Below, one piece after another: positions 35,012-46,984 of a stretch of 64,000 bases of DNA. Each line of letters begins with the position of its first letter. Within the stretch, counting starts at the first letter, position 1. Source of the stretch: Nitrospirota bacterium (lineage in GTDB: Bacteria; Nitrospirota; UBA9217); assembly GCA_963741205.1 (NCBI GenBank), contig CAVUHW010000030.1:32001-96000 (forward strand), read 5' to 3'. Made by a program: the position numbers and the translations under genes. The notes below the pieces were generated by a model that saw only the letters and a program-made list of their open reading frames with translations, searched no databases and was not told the DNA's origin.

Positions 35012-35829
35012 TTAAGCATACTGCAAAGCATATAACGGTAAATCACCAACAATGAACTGCGGTTGTCCGCCATTTACGCCGAATGCAAGCCGGCTCGGCA
35101 GCTCATTGCAATGGATGTAATAACTCTGCGTTGGCGTTGCCTCGTTTTGAGCAAACATCACCCACCAGGCATCGTTACTGGATGGAGCCTCGCCTATGTT
35201 GGACAGCGCGCCGCCTTGCGGAACTTGTCCGCGTGGTCCATGCACGATATAGGGCTGAACGTGATCCTTCTCGGAAGGGGTACGGCTGCAAAGAACGGGG
35301 ACCACGTACCCGCACGCGGGCGAACCTCGATAGCAAACCGATGGCCTGCTGCAGCTCTGTCTCGATGTACTTGAATCGTGAACGGCTCAAGCTGAGGCTG
35401 CGCGAGAGACGGGGTTCGATCTTCGGCTGCAGCCTTAACCCGCTCCTTCCACTCCGGATCGGTAAGACTTACGTACAGACAAGTCCGATTTCCGGCAGGT
35501 ATTAAGCTGTTGTCAACGGGGCCGGGGAAAAGAGCAATGACAGGGAAATTGTTGCCTCGCCTGTTGAACGCGTGGTCGAGAGCGTATGAAAATTCCTCCT
35601 TACACGCTTTACTGCCAAGACTGTTCTGTGTGGCATAAATCAGCCAGGCATCTGACTCTGTCTCCTCTTGGATGAAACTTTCGATCTGTTCCCAAAGGCG
35701 CCTGCCTGCCCGTATATTCCAACGATCAAGTTTTACTTGAACGCCGACTCGAACTAATTCTTGCGCGACGAAATCCACATCACATTGCGTGTTGTCGTCC
35801 CAGGCATATGTAAGCCAGATAGTTGACAT
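35012..35829 (-). CDS. TIR-domain protein (frameshift near 35270)
   Basis: IWLTYAW, LDRWNIRAG, SLGSKACKEEF; C-terminus continues in ORF 35012-35305. Confidence 0.8.
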
Positions 35830-35842
35830 AGTTTCATTAGAT

Positions 35843-35882
35843 AAAAGAAGCGGGTGCCGAGGTCATGGCAACCCTCGGCACC
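35843..35882 (-). terminator. pal terminator
   Basis: Stem ggtgccgagg/cctcggcacc, then CTTCTTTT. Confidence 0.7.
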
Positions 35883-35899
35883 TTCAATACTCCGGACAT

Positions 35900-36451
35900 T
35901 TAGTCGGACACAACGGTAAAGTCATCTCTTCTGTTCTTCTGCCAGCAGCTTTCGGTACTCTCGGTACAACTCGACTTTTCCTTTCCGTAGCTGATAAGCA
36001 AAATACGCTGTCCGGAAATGCCCATATCGGTAAGATATCTTTTCGCGTTTGCCGCGCGACGCTGGCCGAGGGTCTGGTTATACTCAATAGTCCCCCGTTC
36101 ATCGCAATTACCCTCGATCCTAACCTTTATTTGCGGGTGAGCCTTGAGCCATTCCGCATTCGCCTTCATGATCTCACCGGCTGCAGCCTCGATAAAAGCC
36201 TGGTTAAAATCAAAATAGACAGGCCGAAGGCCGGCATGAGCGGAGGCTGCCCGCTCCTTGGCTTCTTCAGGCTTTGCTGCTTCCGACTTCTGCTCGGGTT
36301 GAGCCGTCGCTGTTGCAGCGGGCGTCTCTTCCCGTGGTGTTTCAGGTACAGCCGAAATCTCGGCCTTTTTTGGACACCCCCAGAGAGCCAGCATTCCAAT
36401 ACATAATACAAACGTCAAATACCACGCCTTCTTCCTGTTTATCCCGTTCAT
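35900..36451 (-). CDS. pal: Peptidoglycan-associated lipoprotein
   Basis: Lipobox LWGC, VYFDFN, IEGNCDERGTIEYN, ISYGKE, KNRR. Confidence 0.92.
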   Translation of the reverse strand: MNGINRKKAWYLTFVLCIGMLALWGCPKKAEISAVPETPREETPAATATAQPEQKSEAAKPEEAKERAASAHAGLRPVYFDFNQAFIEAAAGEIMKANAEWLKAHPQIKVRIEGNCDERGTIEYNQTLGQRRAANAKRYLTDMGISGQRILLISYGKEKSSCTESTESCWQKNRRDDFTVVSD

Positions 36452-36504
36452 GTCGAATCCTCCTATGATTTTCGATGCATGCAATGCATCTTATTACTGC
36501 TTTT

Positions 36505-36788
36505 AATAATGTCGTCCCTCACGGCGTCGGACTACCCCCAGGCGATCCAGTCCCATCCCCAGCATTTGCGAGAAAGGGAGTTGTCTTTGCTGATTACGGT
36601 CTACGGATTGTCAACTCACCCTTATCCGGCATGGTATGAAGTACGTTCCGCATCTTGCGGTTCACGCTGCGGACTCGGTTCAAATGGAGCCAGCGTTCGA
36701 TCGTAATGGCCATCCCGACCACAAACACGAGGAGGATCGGGTACATGAACAACTCGCCGTCAAGATAATAGTCGGTCATCGTTTTCAA
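36505..36788 (-). pseudogene. Decayed partial copy of the ExbB/AglR gene
   Basis: FMYPILLV..AITIERW..DKGE / SQMLGMGLDRLGVVRRRE aligns with the N-terminus of 39277-39975. Confidence 0.75.
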
Positions 36789-36884
36789 CCTCCTGAATAT
36801 TTGTTGTATGAATGCTTCGTAATACCTGCAAAAAGGTCCTTTTATCTTTTTCTGGAACCCGACTTCAGCCTTCAGCCTCAGGCA

Positions 36885-38277
36885 CTAGCCTCCGGGCAGG
36901 AAATCAATCGGGTACAGAATCGTGGTCTTGGAAACTTTCTCCTTCGGTCCGAAGTTGAACTTCTTGACACGCTCCACAATCTGGGCCACAAGCTCCGGCG
37001 AGGCCAGATCGCTCGAATTCACCGTACATGCGGAGACTTCGCCACCCGGCTCGATGGATATGCACAGGAGGATCTTGCCGCGCAGGGTCGGGTTCTTGCG
37101 CAGTTCGGCATTGTACATCCGATAGAGCGTCGCCTTGTATTTATCGAAGACGATCTGTATCTCTTCGTCGGTTCGTGACGGCCCGGGTCCGGAACTGAGC
37201 GGCCTCGCCCCTTCAGCCAGCCCCGCAACCGAACTTTCCACCCTGGTAAAGCCCACACCGCCGATACCATTGCCATTGCCGCGGCCGATATTGCGGCTGA
37301 CTGCCGCATTGCTGATACCGCCGCTGGAGCCACCGCCCGTTGACGGCATAGCGACTAATGACCTGCTGGCCCGGGCCTGACCTGCCGACACAGCCGACTG
37401 GTTGCTCAGACGTGCCTCAGCGCCGAGCCGCGCAGCGGGAGTTTCTTCCATCAAATCTTTAAAAGAATCTTTGAAGGCCAGGACCCCCGTGCTCTCCGCT
37501 TTGACGCGCGCAGCCTGTGTTTCTGTAGTGGTTGGCTTGGGTTGCTCCTCCTTCGCTTTCTCCGGCGTCTTTTCCTGATCTTTTTCGGGCTTCTTTTCTT
37601 CTTTGTGGCGTTTAGGCACCGGCTCGGGCTTGGGCCGTTCCTTTCTCAGCATGGAGACCAGGCGTTCCGGAACCACAGCCACGGCCGGGCGGACCGGCGG
37701 CGGCAGTTTCCAAATGAGAACCACACTGCTAAAACAGAAACACCATAATAAAGCGACAAGCAACGCCTTGCGGAAGCGTTTTTCGTTCTCAGCATCCCTG
37801 CTCCAAGGCATGATTACGACACGATAAGGAACGGGCGAAATCTCCCGCTCTATGACGTACTCTTCCTGTCGCCGTTCTTCACGGGCGTAGGCATCACGTA
37901 CTTCTTCGTCGAGGATGTTCAACTCATCGTTACACCGGTTGATCTGCCCCTGGAGAGATGATTGTTTTCCCAGAATCCCGCTGATCTCCCCCTCAAAACG
38001 GGCGAGCCGGCTCCTCGCCCGTTCCAGGTGCCCGGCGACGCTTTGAGCCTCCGCAACTCCTTCCCAAAAGAGTTCATCCGCTTTCAGTTCCCCCAGCTTT
38101 TCGAGCGAATTGCAGGCGTCCCGCAAGGCATCGAACCGCTGTCTATCGGCGGAGAACGTTTCCAGCTCTGCATCTACAGCGCGCAACTCACCTGCCAGCA
38201 CCTGCTGTTTTTGCTGGATTTGCTCGATCTGTGCGTTCAGTTGCGCCAATTCCTCTGCTAATATGGTTAGTATTCAC
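36885..38277 (-). CDS. TonB-like AgmX/PglI C-terminal domain protein (GltG-like)
   Basis: N-terminal coiled coil, one TM, Pro/Lys/Glu-rich linker, C-terminus RTDEEIQIVFD..YNAELRKNPTLRGK..YPIDFLP. Confidence 0.82.
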
Positions 38278-38287
38278 GGCAACCCCA

Positions 38288-38793
38288 CTATTTATTCGTT
38301 TCCTTCTGCATGACGGCGAGGGAAATCTTTCCGTATCCAGAGGCCGTGCAGGTCGACATTATTTTTTTAAGCACTTTGAACGGAATTGTCTTATCAGCAA
38401 GCAGACGTGATTTCCTTGCCTTCGGCAGCCATCTTGAGTGCTTGCCTCGTATAATGCTACCAAGCTGTTCCAGTCGCTCTCGTTATTTCATAAACTATCC
38501 CGATGCTGTCATCGTAAAGTTTAGGGGTGTTCGATCACGGCTTCGCCCTGAACCATTACTAATTCGGGGGTGACCACGATCGCCACTGTTTCCCTTGGCT
38601 TGGTCTCCACAACGGAAGCGGGCAGCGCGATCTGCGCATCCGGCAAGGTGCTGTTGAATGAGTGAAAAAGCAGGAAGAACACCAGAACGCAAAGAACATC
38701 CATCATCGGTATCAGGTTTATACCCAGACCTTTGACCACTCCGCTTTTCTTGTTGTTTCGCTCCATCCGTTTCATACGTCTGGTATCTTTCAT
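38288..38793 (-). CDS. ExbD/TolR family protein (AglS-like), with indels
   Basis: INLIPMMDVLCVLVFFLL; ADKTIPFKVLKKIMSTC. Confidence 0.85.
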
Positions 38794-39296
38794 GGCGCGT
38801 CTCCTATGGATACCTTTGGAAAGAGAACTATCTTACTGACCTCTGTGCTCCCTTCCGCCCGCACATCGGCTTCACGAACCGCATCCATGACCTGAATCAG
38901 ATAGTCGTATTCGATCTTCGGCTCCAGCAGAATTGTCGCATCTTCCTTCTGCGGATATTGGGCCTTCAGGCGAACGAGCATTTTGGACAGCAGCTCAAGA
39001 TCGTATTTATCATCTTTTTTCGGAATCGCGGCCTCCACGCGTGACCCGTTGGCAATTTCCAGCCCTGCCTTGCGGACAATCACCTCGATGGCGAAATTCG
39101 GCTGGCCGCAGCCGCTCCGCCGGCGCTGGTCGGGACACTCAATTCCATGGATCGTAATGCTCATAAAGACGGCGGTGATGAGCAGAAAGACCACCAGAAC
39201 GGTAAGAATATCCATCATCGGTGTCAGGTTCAAGAGGTGCATGATATCCGTATCGAACTCTTCTTTTTCCCTTCTTTTACGAAATCGTCTCGACAT
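38790..39296 (-). CDS. ExbD/TolR family protein (AglQ-like)
   Basis: LNLTPMMDILTVLVVFLL; YDYLIQVMDAVR. Confidence 0.88.
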   Translation of the reverse strand: MSRRFRKRREKEEFDTDIMHLLNLTPMMDILTVLVVFLLITAVFMSITIHGIECPDQRRRSGCGQPNFAIEVIVRKAGLEIANGSRVEAAIPKKDDKYDLELLSKMLVRLKAQYPQKEDATILLEPKIEYDYLIQVMDAVREADVRAEGSTEVSKIVLFPKVSIGDAP

Positions 39297-39975
39297 GATC
39301 AGCTCCTGTCAAATTGACGCTTGCTAAAATTGGAGAACTGTCAAATTGGCGCTTGCTGGAACTGGAGATAATATTGAGCGCCTTTACCGATACCATCTCC
39401 AGGCTGTTCACAATCTGACCCGTGGCTGTTGTCAGGCGGGCATGGAATAGGAGAAGCGGGATCGCGGACATCAGACCGAAGGCTGTGCAGTTCATGGCCT
39501 CCGAAATGCTGGCCGCGAGCAGGGCGGCCTTCTCGGCGGGGCTCGCAGTGGCAACGGCGCCGAAGGCCGAGATAAGTCCCATGATGGTGCCGAGCAGTCC
39601 AAACAGGGTGGCGATATTTGAGAGCAGCGCCAGGTACGGCGTGCGCTTTTCCAATTGAGGAATTATCTCCATCATGCTCTCTTCCATGGCGATTTCTATG
39701 TCTTCCCGTCGCCTGACCGCCCCCTGGCGCGCCAGCCCCATCCCCAGCATTTGCGCCAGACTGGATTTGTCCTCGTTGGCTATTTCCCGGGCTTTATCGA
39801 ACTCTCCCTTTTCCAGCACCGGGGACATCGAATCCCACAGGTTTTGGTTTGCGACCCTGATGCGTTTCAATTGAACCCAGCGTTCAAACGCGATGGCCAG
39901 ACCGACCGACAACGTCAGTAGAATCGGAAACATGAAGAACCCACCCCCCTGGAAAAACCTTACTAGTGTATGCAT
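39277..39975 (-). CDS. MotA/TolQ/ExbB proton channel (AglR-like)
   Basis: ATLFGLLGTIMGLI, ISEAMNCTAFGL. Confidence 0.92.
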   Translation of the reverse strand: MHTLVRFFQGGGFFMFPILLTLSVGLAIAFERWVQLKRIRVANQNLWDSMSPVLEKGEFDKAREIANEDKSSLAQMLGMGLARQGAVRRREDIEIAMEESMMEIIPQLEKRTPYLALLSNIATLFGLLGTIMGLISAFGAVATASPAEKAALLAASISEAMNCTAFGLMSAIPLLLFHARLTTATGQIVNSLEMVSVKALNIISSSSKRQFDSSPILASVNLTGADHVETIS

Positions 39976-40012
39976 CTTTTTTCCTCCTTTTTTCGCTAAC
40001 GAGATAACAAAG

Positions 40013-40303
40013 TTATTTCTTGGTACTGACCTCGAAAAAATCCAATTGCCGCTTAAAAACATCCCGATCCACTGGCACGGCACTATCGGTTAACAGCATG
40101 CTCAAATTTGTCTCCACGCCGATTTCAGAGCGTTTCCAGGGTACGATATACAGGGCTTTCGGGGCTTCATCGTTACCGATGATCGACATGCCCGAAAGTT
40201 CTTTGGCCGCCGGTTCTTTGGCCGCCGGTCCATTGTCCTCGGCCATGGCCGTGCTGAGCAATGCCAGAAGCAGACACAGCCAAAGCAATAGATTCCGATA
40301 CAT
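40013..40303 (-). CDS. Small exported protein (GltF-like position)
   Basis: Signal peptide; IIGNDEAPKALYIVPW. Confidence 0.7.
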   Translation of the reverse strand: MYRNLLLWLCLLLALLSTAMAEDNGPAAKEPAAKELSGMSIIGNDEAPKALYIVPWKRSEIGVETNLSMLLTDSAVPVDRDVFKRQLDFFEVSTKK

Positions 40304-40322
40304 ATTCCCTCCTTCCTTTCAC

Positions 40323-41030
40323 CTAATGTTTGAGCCGTATGTGCAGCTCGGCAATCCATATTTTGGCCTGCGCGTCCCGGGGCATCCCCTCGCTGTAAAT
40401 CTCGAATTGTTTGAGAGCGCATTCCGGGTCGTTGAGATACAGATCACAGAGAATCCCGAGATTTCTATGGACGGGAAGATAGTCCGGGAAACTCGCGAGC
40501 GACTTCTCATAGATCTCCCGGGCTTCTTTAAAGCGGCCGCCCTTGCGAAGCAGCAACCCGTATTCATTACTGGCCACGGGGTGATTGGGAACCAGTTCCA
40601 GAGCGGTTTTGAGGTTCTGCTCGGCCGGCTCCAACTTTCCGGTCCGCATGTAGGCCACTGCAATGTTGATATATGGCGCAGTGACGCCAGGTGACCGCTC
40701 GATCACCTTTGTCAGAAGTTCGATGGCCTTGTCATTTTTCCCGTCGTTCATCATGGCGACGGCGCGCTCGAATTCGCCGCGCGACTCAGCATCCATACCC
40801 GGGTTTTCCCGGATGACGAACCCTTGCCGGCCATCTTCGAGCCGCGCCACGGATGGCCCCTGATCTATAATGGGAACGGGCTGCTGCGTGACTTTGGCGC
40901 TGGTTGCACACCCGGAAACTACCGCGAGTACCATCACCAGCGCCGCCCACCCGGCCCGCCATCGCACTTTCGACCACCAGAACAGCTCTGCATTCTTGAT
41001 CTGCATAGCCCAGCTCCCTATTTCGTTCAC
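40323..41030 (-). CDS. TPR lipoprotein (GltE-like)
   Basis: Lipobox VSGC; TPR helices (NLGILCDLYL). Confidence 0.8.
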   Translation of the reverse strand: MNEIGSWAMQIKNAELFWWSKVRWRAGWAALVMVLAVVSGCATSAKVTQQPVPIIDQGPSVARLEDGRQGFVIRENPGMDAESRGEFERAVAMMNDGKNDKAIELLTKVIERSPGVTAPYINIAVAYMRTGKLEPAEQNLKTALELVPNHPVASNEYGLLLRKGGRFKEAREIYEKSLASFPDYLPVHRNLGILCDLYLNDPECALKQFEIYSEGMPRDAQAKIWIAELHIRLKH

Positions 41031-41037
41031 CTGAACC

Positions 41038-44000
41038 TTATTCCACCTTCACATCGGCCGGGGTACCCTTGTCGCCGCTGTCGCCCGCTCCCGGCGCCTG
41101 TTCTTCCGCCTTTGCTGCTTCTTTGGCCTCGGCCTGCTTGGCAGCCTGCATCGGTTCCGCGGCCTTCGCTACTTCTTTGGTCGCGGCCGGTTTGGCAGTG
41201 TGCTTCGGCTTTGCGACCGGCACCGCTTTTTTGGCTGCGGCCGGTTTTACAGCCTGCTTCCGTTTCGCAGTCGACACCGCTTTTTTGGACGCGGCCGGTT
41301 TCGCAGTCTGCTTCGCTTCCGCCGTTGCGTTCACCGCTTCTTTGGTCTCAGCCGGTTTCGCATCCTGTTTCGGTTCCACCACATTCACCGCTTCTTTGGT
41401 CTCGGTCGGGTTCACATCCGGCTTCGGTTCCACCGCGTTCACCACTTCATTGGTCTCTGCCGGCTTCACGTCTTGCTTCGGCTGTGCCGCTTCTGTGGCC
41501 TCGGCCGACGTCGGCCCTTGGGGCGTCTCCGGACGTTCAATGGCGAACAGGTAGCTATCCAACGAAGCGATGACGGGACTTTCCTCTTCCGGCTTGGCGT
41601 AGCGCGCGGGTACGAACATGGCCAGTTTCTCCAAACTCTTGTCGATCCACTCGTTGTAAATACCGACGGTCATCAGTTCAAGATTCTTTTCATGCATTTT
41701 GATGGCTTTATCCTCAAAGGGATAGGCCTGCTCCTCAATGGCAAGGTCATACTCTTCTTGTTCCAATGCGCTCAGTCCTGCGGGGCGTTCGGACTCCTTC
41801 AGGTCCTTGCTGAAGTGGGCATAGATCTCGGCCAGATAAAAGGTCGCCGCTGCCGTGACCTCGCCGACTTCATAATCGAGGAGTTTGTCAAACTGCTGGG
41901 TCGCAACCTTCATCAACTCCTTTTTCTTGCGCAGGTTGGTCTCGAATGGTTGGACCAGCTTGACTTCAGCGAACTGGTCGAAGGTTTGCTCGGCCAGAAC
42001 CATCGCGGCTTTGCCGGCAAGATAGCGGGTCCGTGGCGTACGCTCGCCCCCTGCGCCCGCATCAATGGCCACGATCTGCTTGAGCTCGGCGAGATAGATG
42101 TCTCGATCGTTTTTCTTCTTCAGAGCTTCCGCGATTTTGTTGCGCGTTTCCAGGTTGGTTTCCACCGGATGCGGGAAATATCCGACATAGCGCCGGTAAA
42201 CCTCGAGCGAGCGGTCGCTGTTGCCCGCCTGTTCATGCAGGTCCGCTGCGATCAGCAGTGCCTCCCGCCTTACCTCGTCATCCTGGGACTCTCTTTCTAT
42301 GCGTTCATACTCATTAGCGGCCTGCGTCAGCTGCCCATCCTCTTTATAGACGTAGGCGATCTTCTTGGTCACCTCTGGCTGCAATGCATGTCCGGGGAAC
42401 AGGTCCCGGAAGCCCGCCAGCACGGTGGCCGCCGTCTTCCAGTCCTTAAGCTGCATCAGGGCTGCGGCTGCATCGTACTCCGCGTTCACCCTGATTTTGG
42501 AGGCCGGAGCCATACGCCCCACCCGCAAAAAATGCTCGGCTGCTGCCCGATAATCCTTGCGGGCATTCGCTTGTTCGCCCTGCTTGTAAATCGATGCCGC
42601 AAGATTATCGATCAGAGCATCGCGGCTTTTGTCCCCGGCGGGGAGCAGCGCCAGCACATTCACGTAAGCGGTTTCAGCTTCGTCGTAGCGAGTGAGCTCG
42701 TAGGTTGAGTGGCCGACCACCAGCCAGGCTGCGCGCACGACCTCCACCTCGGCGCCGGGGAATGCCGACAGAAGCTTGCGTGCGGCCGCGACCGCCGGTT
42801 CATAATCCCGCATGTCGTACAGATCATCCGCAGCCGCCCCCAGAACAATCGCCGCCTTCTCATGCTCCGGATAGGTGTCGGCGAACTTCAGCGAGCTGCG
42901 TACGACCTCCCGCTTCACCTGATCTTTTGCCTCGGGCGCAACGCCGGCAAGATGTTGGCGATAGGCGTAAATTGCTGCGTAGCCGGCCTGCGGGGACTTT
43001 TCGTGACGCGGGTATTCATAGGCGGTCTTCTCGTATTCCACCGCCGCCAGATCAAAGGAGCGGTTTTCCAGGAACAGATCCGCCAACAGATAATTAACAG
43101 CCGGCGACTCGGGGTCCATCGGGAAGGAGGTGAGGAATTCCCGGTACCAATGCAGCGCTTCCTCGAAGTTTGCCTTCTTGTCCTTGATCTGCTGCGGACT
43201 CTGGTAAAGCGCATGATAATGTTTGGCCAGATCAGTAAGGTTCGTTTTGAGCCAGGCCAGAACTTCCGGACGGGCGCCGGTTCGAAATGCTGCCAGTATT
43301 CGGCCTTGAGCCCGTAATTGCGGGCAAATTGCTTTTTCGCGTCAATGACCAGGCTGGGGAACGCCCCGGCAAGATGGATTTCGATCACCCGCATGGCGAA
43401 TTGCGGCGATACCTTGTGGAACGGATTGCGGCTGACAAAGGCATTGTAGGTTGCTGCGGCGTCGGCGTAACGGCGCTTATCGAAGTAAAATTCCCCGAGG
43501 TTGCTGTAGACGCCGTCCTCGTAACTGCGCTTGCCGTGGCGGTTGAAGTACTCGACCACGGAGTTGGCGCCGCCGAGGTTGGAAAAACTCAGGCTGATGA
43601 CCCGGAAGGTGTCATCGATGCGCTTTCTTTCCTGCTCGTCCTTGGTCTGCGCGAAATCGTAGCCCATGGACACCTTGTAATCCAGCAGGGCAATGAACCG
43701 GTGCAGGGCCTCGTCATAGAGTTCCTGCTTGTAAAAGGTCCAGCCCAGCTTGTACAGGGCGAGCTGATAATAGGACGAAGAGACGCCCATGGCCACGATG
43801 CTGCCGTAGGCCTCCTCGGCATCCAGGTAATGCCTGCGGGTGAAGAAATATTCGGCGCGCCGGAACTGCACTTCATCCATATACCGGGATTTCGGATAAT
43901 CGCGCACCAGCCGGTTCATGACCCCCATGGCCTCGTCGACCTGCCCCAGTTCCTCATAGGCGCGGGACATCTGATACAGCACCTGATCGTTGCGCTCGTA

Positions 44001-44540
44001 CGCGGGATAATCGTTCAGCAGTTTCTTGTAGAGTTCGATGGCCTCAAGGGCACCGGCCCGCTTCAGGTCATCAGCACCTTCGGCAAGTCCGTCCGCAGCC
44101 GCGGCTGTGCCGGTCGCCGTGCTCTGAGCCGCCCTTTTCTCAAAATCGGCCTGCGCTTCACCCGGCGCTGGTGCAGGAACAGAGGAGCGCAAGGGCGCAA
44201 CCTCCGGACGCGCCGCACGTTCCGGAGAAGGCAAAGTCGCGGCGGAGCCCCTCCGCTCTGCTGCGGTATCGCCGGAAAGAACGCCATATTCCCTTTCGAC
44301 CTTCAGGTCTGCCAGGCGGCGAATAGCCTCCGGCTTCAGGGCCGCGTCCGGCGTTTCTTCCAGAAAGCGCCGGTAACCCTCCATGGCTTTCTCGAGTCCG
44401 CCTTCGATCTTCTCTTCCTTGATTTCGATCTGCATGGTTCGCAACGTGGCAATCGTATCCTTGCCGCCGACCGACTGACAGGCGCAGAGGAGCAGCGGCA
44501 GCGCGAGCACGCTCCATCGAAGACAATTCATTGTCCTCAT
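41038..44540 (-). CDS. Large TPR lipoprotein (GltD-like) with repetitive tail; frameshift near 43275
   Basis: Lipobox LCAC; many TPRs across ORFs 42915-44540 and 41038-43119. Confidence 0.82.
41100..41495 (-). repeat. About 7 tandem 18-aa (54-bp) Ala/Lys/Pro/Glu repeats
   Basis: PKQDVKPAETNEVVNAVE / PKPDVNPTETKEAVNVVE / PKQDAKPAETKEAVNATA... Confidence 0.8.
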
Positions 44541-46432
44541 TGCTCGGCCCCCTTCCGAAGTTGGGCCTTGCTGGCCCGGTCGTAACTGTCCGCCAGGGCG
44601 AAGCGCGCCTTGACCTGGAACTCTTCGAGCCGCTCGCGCCGCCTGGTGAGTTCATTCACGGCCATGACTTCAAGCATATGTCCCTGACGGGCCATCAATT
44701 CCTCCACTTTTTCCCGGGCGGCCGTGATCCGGGCCCGCAGGCGGCGGATCACCTCGTCATACCCTTCATAGCTTTGGGTGGCGGCCTGGCGGGTACGGAC
44801 AAAGGACGCGTACTGTTTGTGCAGCAAGTCGATGACGTGATTCAGATCTCGAAGATTTTTGTGCGCCTCCGTAAGGCGCTGGTCATATTCCGTATAAATC
44901 TTCCAGTCCAGCACTCCCCGCAGACGCCTGACGCGGCCCTTGACTTCGTCGCTTGTAGCCGCACCGCCTCTCGCGGACATGGCCTTCTCCAGCCGCGCGA
45001 TGCGTTCCCCGAAAATCCGCTCCGGCGCGGTCGCCAGGTAGTCGGGCCTCGGCGCCACCAGCATGGCCTGCAGCCGCTGTTCGATGCGGTCTCGCTGCTC
45101 CAGCCGCAACCGCATCTGCGAGTCGAGCCGCCTGAATTCCCGGTCGATCGCGGGCAGCAGCGGCTGGTAATACGCCCGGCGCTGCTCGATGATATCCTCG
45201 AAGGCGACCAGGTCCCCTGACCAGACCTCCAGTTTCTTGCGCAGCTGCTCAAGGTCGAGATAATTTTTCAGTGATTCCTGGAAATCATGGGAGGCCATCA
45301 AATCGAGCAGGTAGAATGTCTCGGGCGTTTCCGGCAGCTCGCGCAGCTTGACGACCCAGTTGGCATCCTGTTTCAGCTCTTCCCGGACGAGGGCTTTCAG
45401 AAATTTGCCTTCGCGGATACTGCTTGATCGAGGCGCCGAGCTTGTCAATCTCCTTGCCGAACGCCTCCAGTGCCCTGCCATACATCAGCGCCGCCTTGCT
45501 GTACACACCGAGCTTCCCATAGGCATAGGGGACGGCAAGCATGGCTTCCTGCACCGCCGGGTCCGTGACCTCGCGTTCGGCCAGGATGCTCCATGGCACC
45601 AGGGCATTTTCGAACCGTTCCCGGGAGGCGTCGGCCCAACCCGAACCGAGCAGCGCGCGGTTGGAAAACGGGCCGCTCAGGCGCACCCTGTCGAGCACCT
45701 CCTTGGCGCCCTCGAAATTATTTTCACTCATCAGCTTGTCGCCGAGAACGAGGTTCGATTTGTCCCTGATCGCCAGCGTGGCCGGATTGCCGCTCTCAAT
45801 CCGGCCGGTACGGTCGAGATACTCGCGCCCTTCCCGCACCTTCCCGCTCTTGAGCAGCGCGATCCCGAGGTTGTACGTGGTAAAACCTTCCAGGCTCTTC
45901 GCCCCTTGGAGTTCTTTCAGAATGCGGGCTGCATCGTCGAAGCGGCCGTTGGCCATGAAAATTTGCGCCCGCAGGAAAGCCAGATCATCGCGAATATCTT
46001 CGGGAACGGCGCCCTTGATGCGTTCCACGGCCTGCAGGGCGTTCTGCGGCTGGTCTTTCTGGAAGTAAATCCGGGCCAGGCGGAAAATGGCCTCGTTGCG
46101 CACCGGCTCCTCGACATTGCCCTCGATCACCGCCTTGATGGCGCGCCCGGCACGCTGGTGCATCCGGTATGCCAGTTCGAAATCACCCACGTCAAACTCC
46201 GCCTGGTTGATATGGTAATGAAGGGTGTCGCGTTCGGGTTCATCGACCCCATAGTGCTGCATAAGCTCGGTGTCGAGCCTGGCGACGGCATCGAACCAGT
46301 CCCCTTGAAATGCGTAATAAAGGGCCTCTCCGAAATAGAGATCCTTCAGTTCTTTCGGAGCGGACGAAGCCAGCCGCTCGCCGAAGACGCAGAGAATATC
46401 AGAATTGTCAATGATATAAGCAGCCTGTTCAT
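44537..46432 (-). CDS. Exported TPR/coiled-coil protein (GltC-like), with indels
   Basis: Signal MNRLLISLTILIFSAS; KDLYFGEALY; C-terminus ARFALADSYDRA. Confidence 0.75.
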
Positions 46433-46435
46433 GGT

Positions 46436-46952
46436 CTACCTGTCATGAAGGGTAATGCTTTGGGCGGCCAGAGATATTTCCACGATCTTGGGGCCCACAT
46501 CCTTGTTGACCTTGAAGCTCTCCGATTTTTGGAAATCGGTGCCTCCCCCGGTTTTCCCGATGACAACAGACCTGGAGATCATGCTCGCCGGACCGGACAT
46601 TGCCGGTATAGATGCGCTGCACCCCCCCCTTCTGCAAGGCTTCGAGTTCCTTGAAGGAGTAAAGGTGATGGGCAACCGGCTTGCCGTCCAACTGGATCTC
46701 GACCGAGTCGAGACGGAAGGTTTCGCCGCTGACCAGTGATACGAATACCGCGACCTGCGTATTGGACGGATACAGCAGCTTCTCTTCAAGCTGATTCAGT
46801 TCCGCCGCAATGCCCAGAACATCGCTCTTGATTTCCTGAACCTGCTCATCCAGGCCCTTGATCTGTTCCCGGGAGATTTCCTCCGCATAGGCAGGGAAGC
46901 CCAGCATCAGCACGGCAATGGACAGGATGAACCCTCGTAATATGTGGAACAT
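46436..46952 (-). CDS. Exported hypothetical protein (coiled coil + beta domain), indel near 46570
   Basis: Signal peptide; LEEKLLYP, HHLYSFKELEALQKGGVQRIY. Confidence 0.75.
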
Positions 46953-46984
46953 GGCTGCCTCCTGGTTCGAGTCAATTTCCTTTT

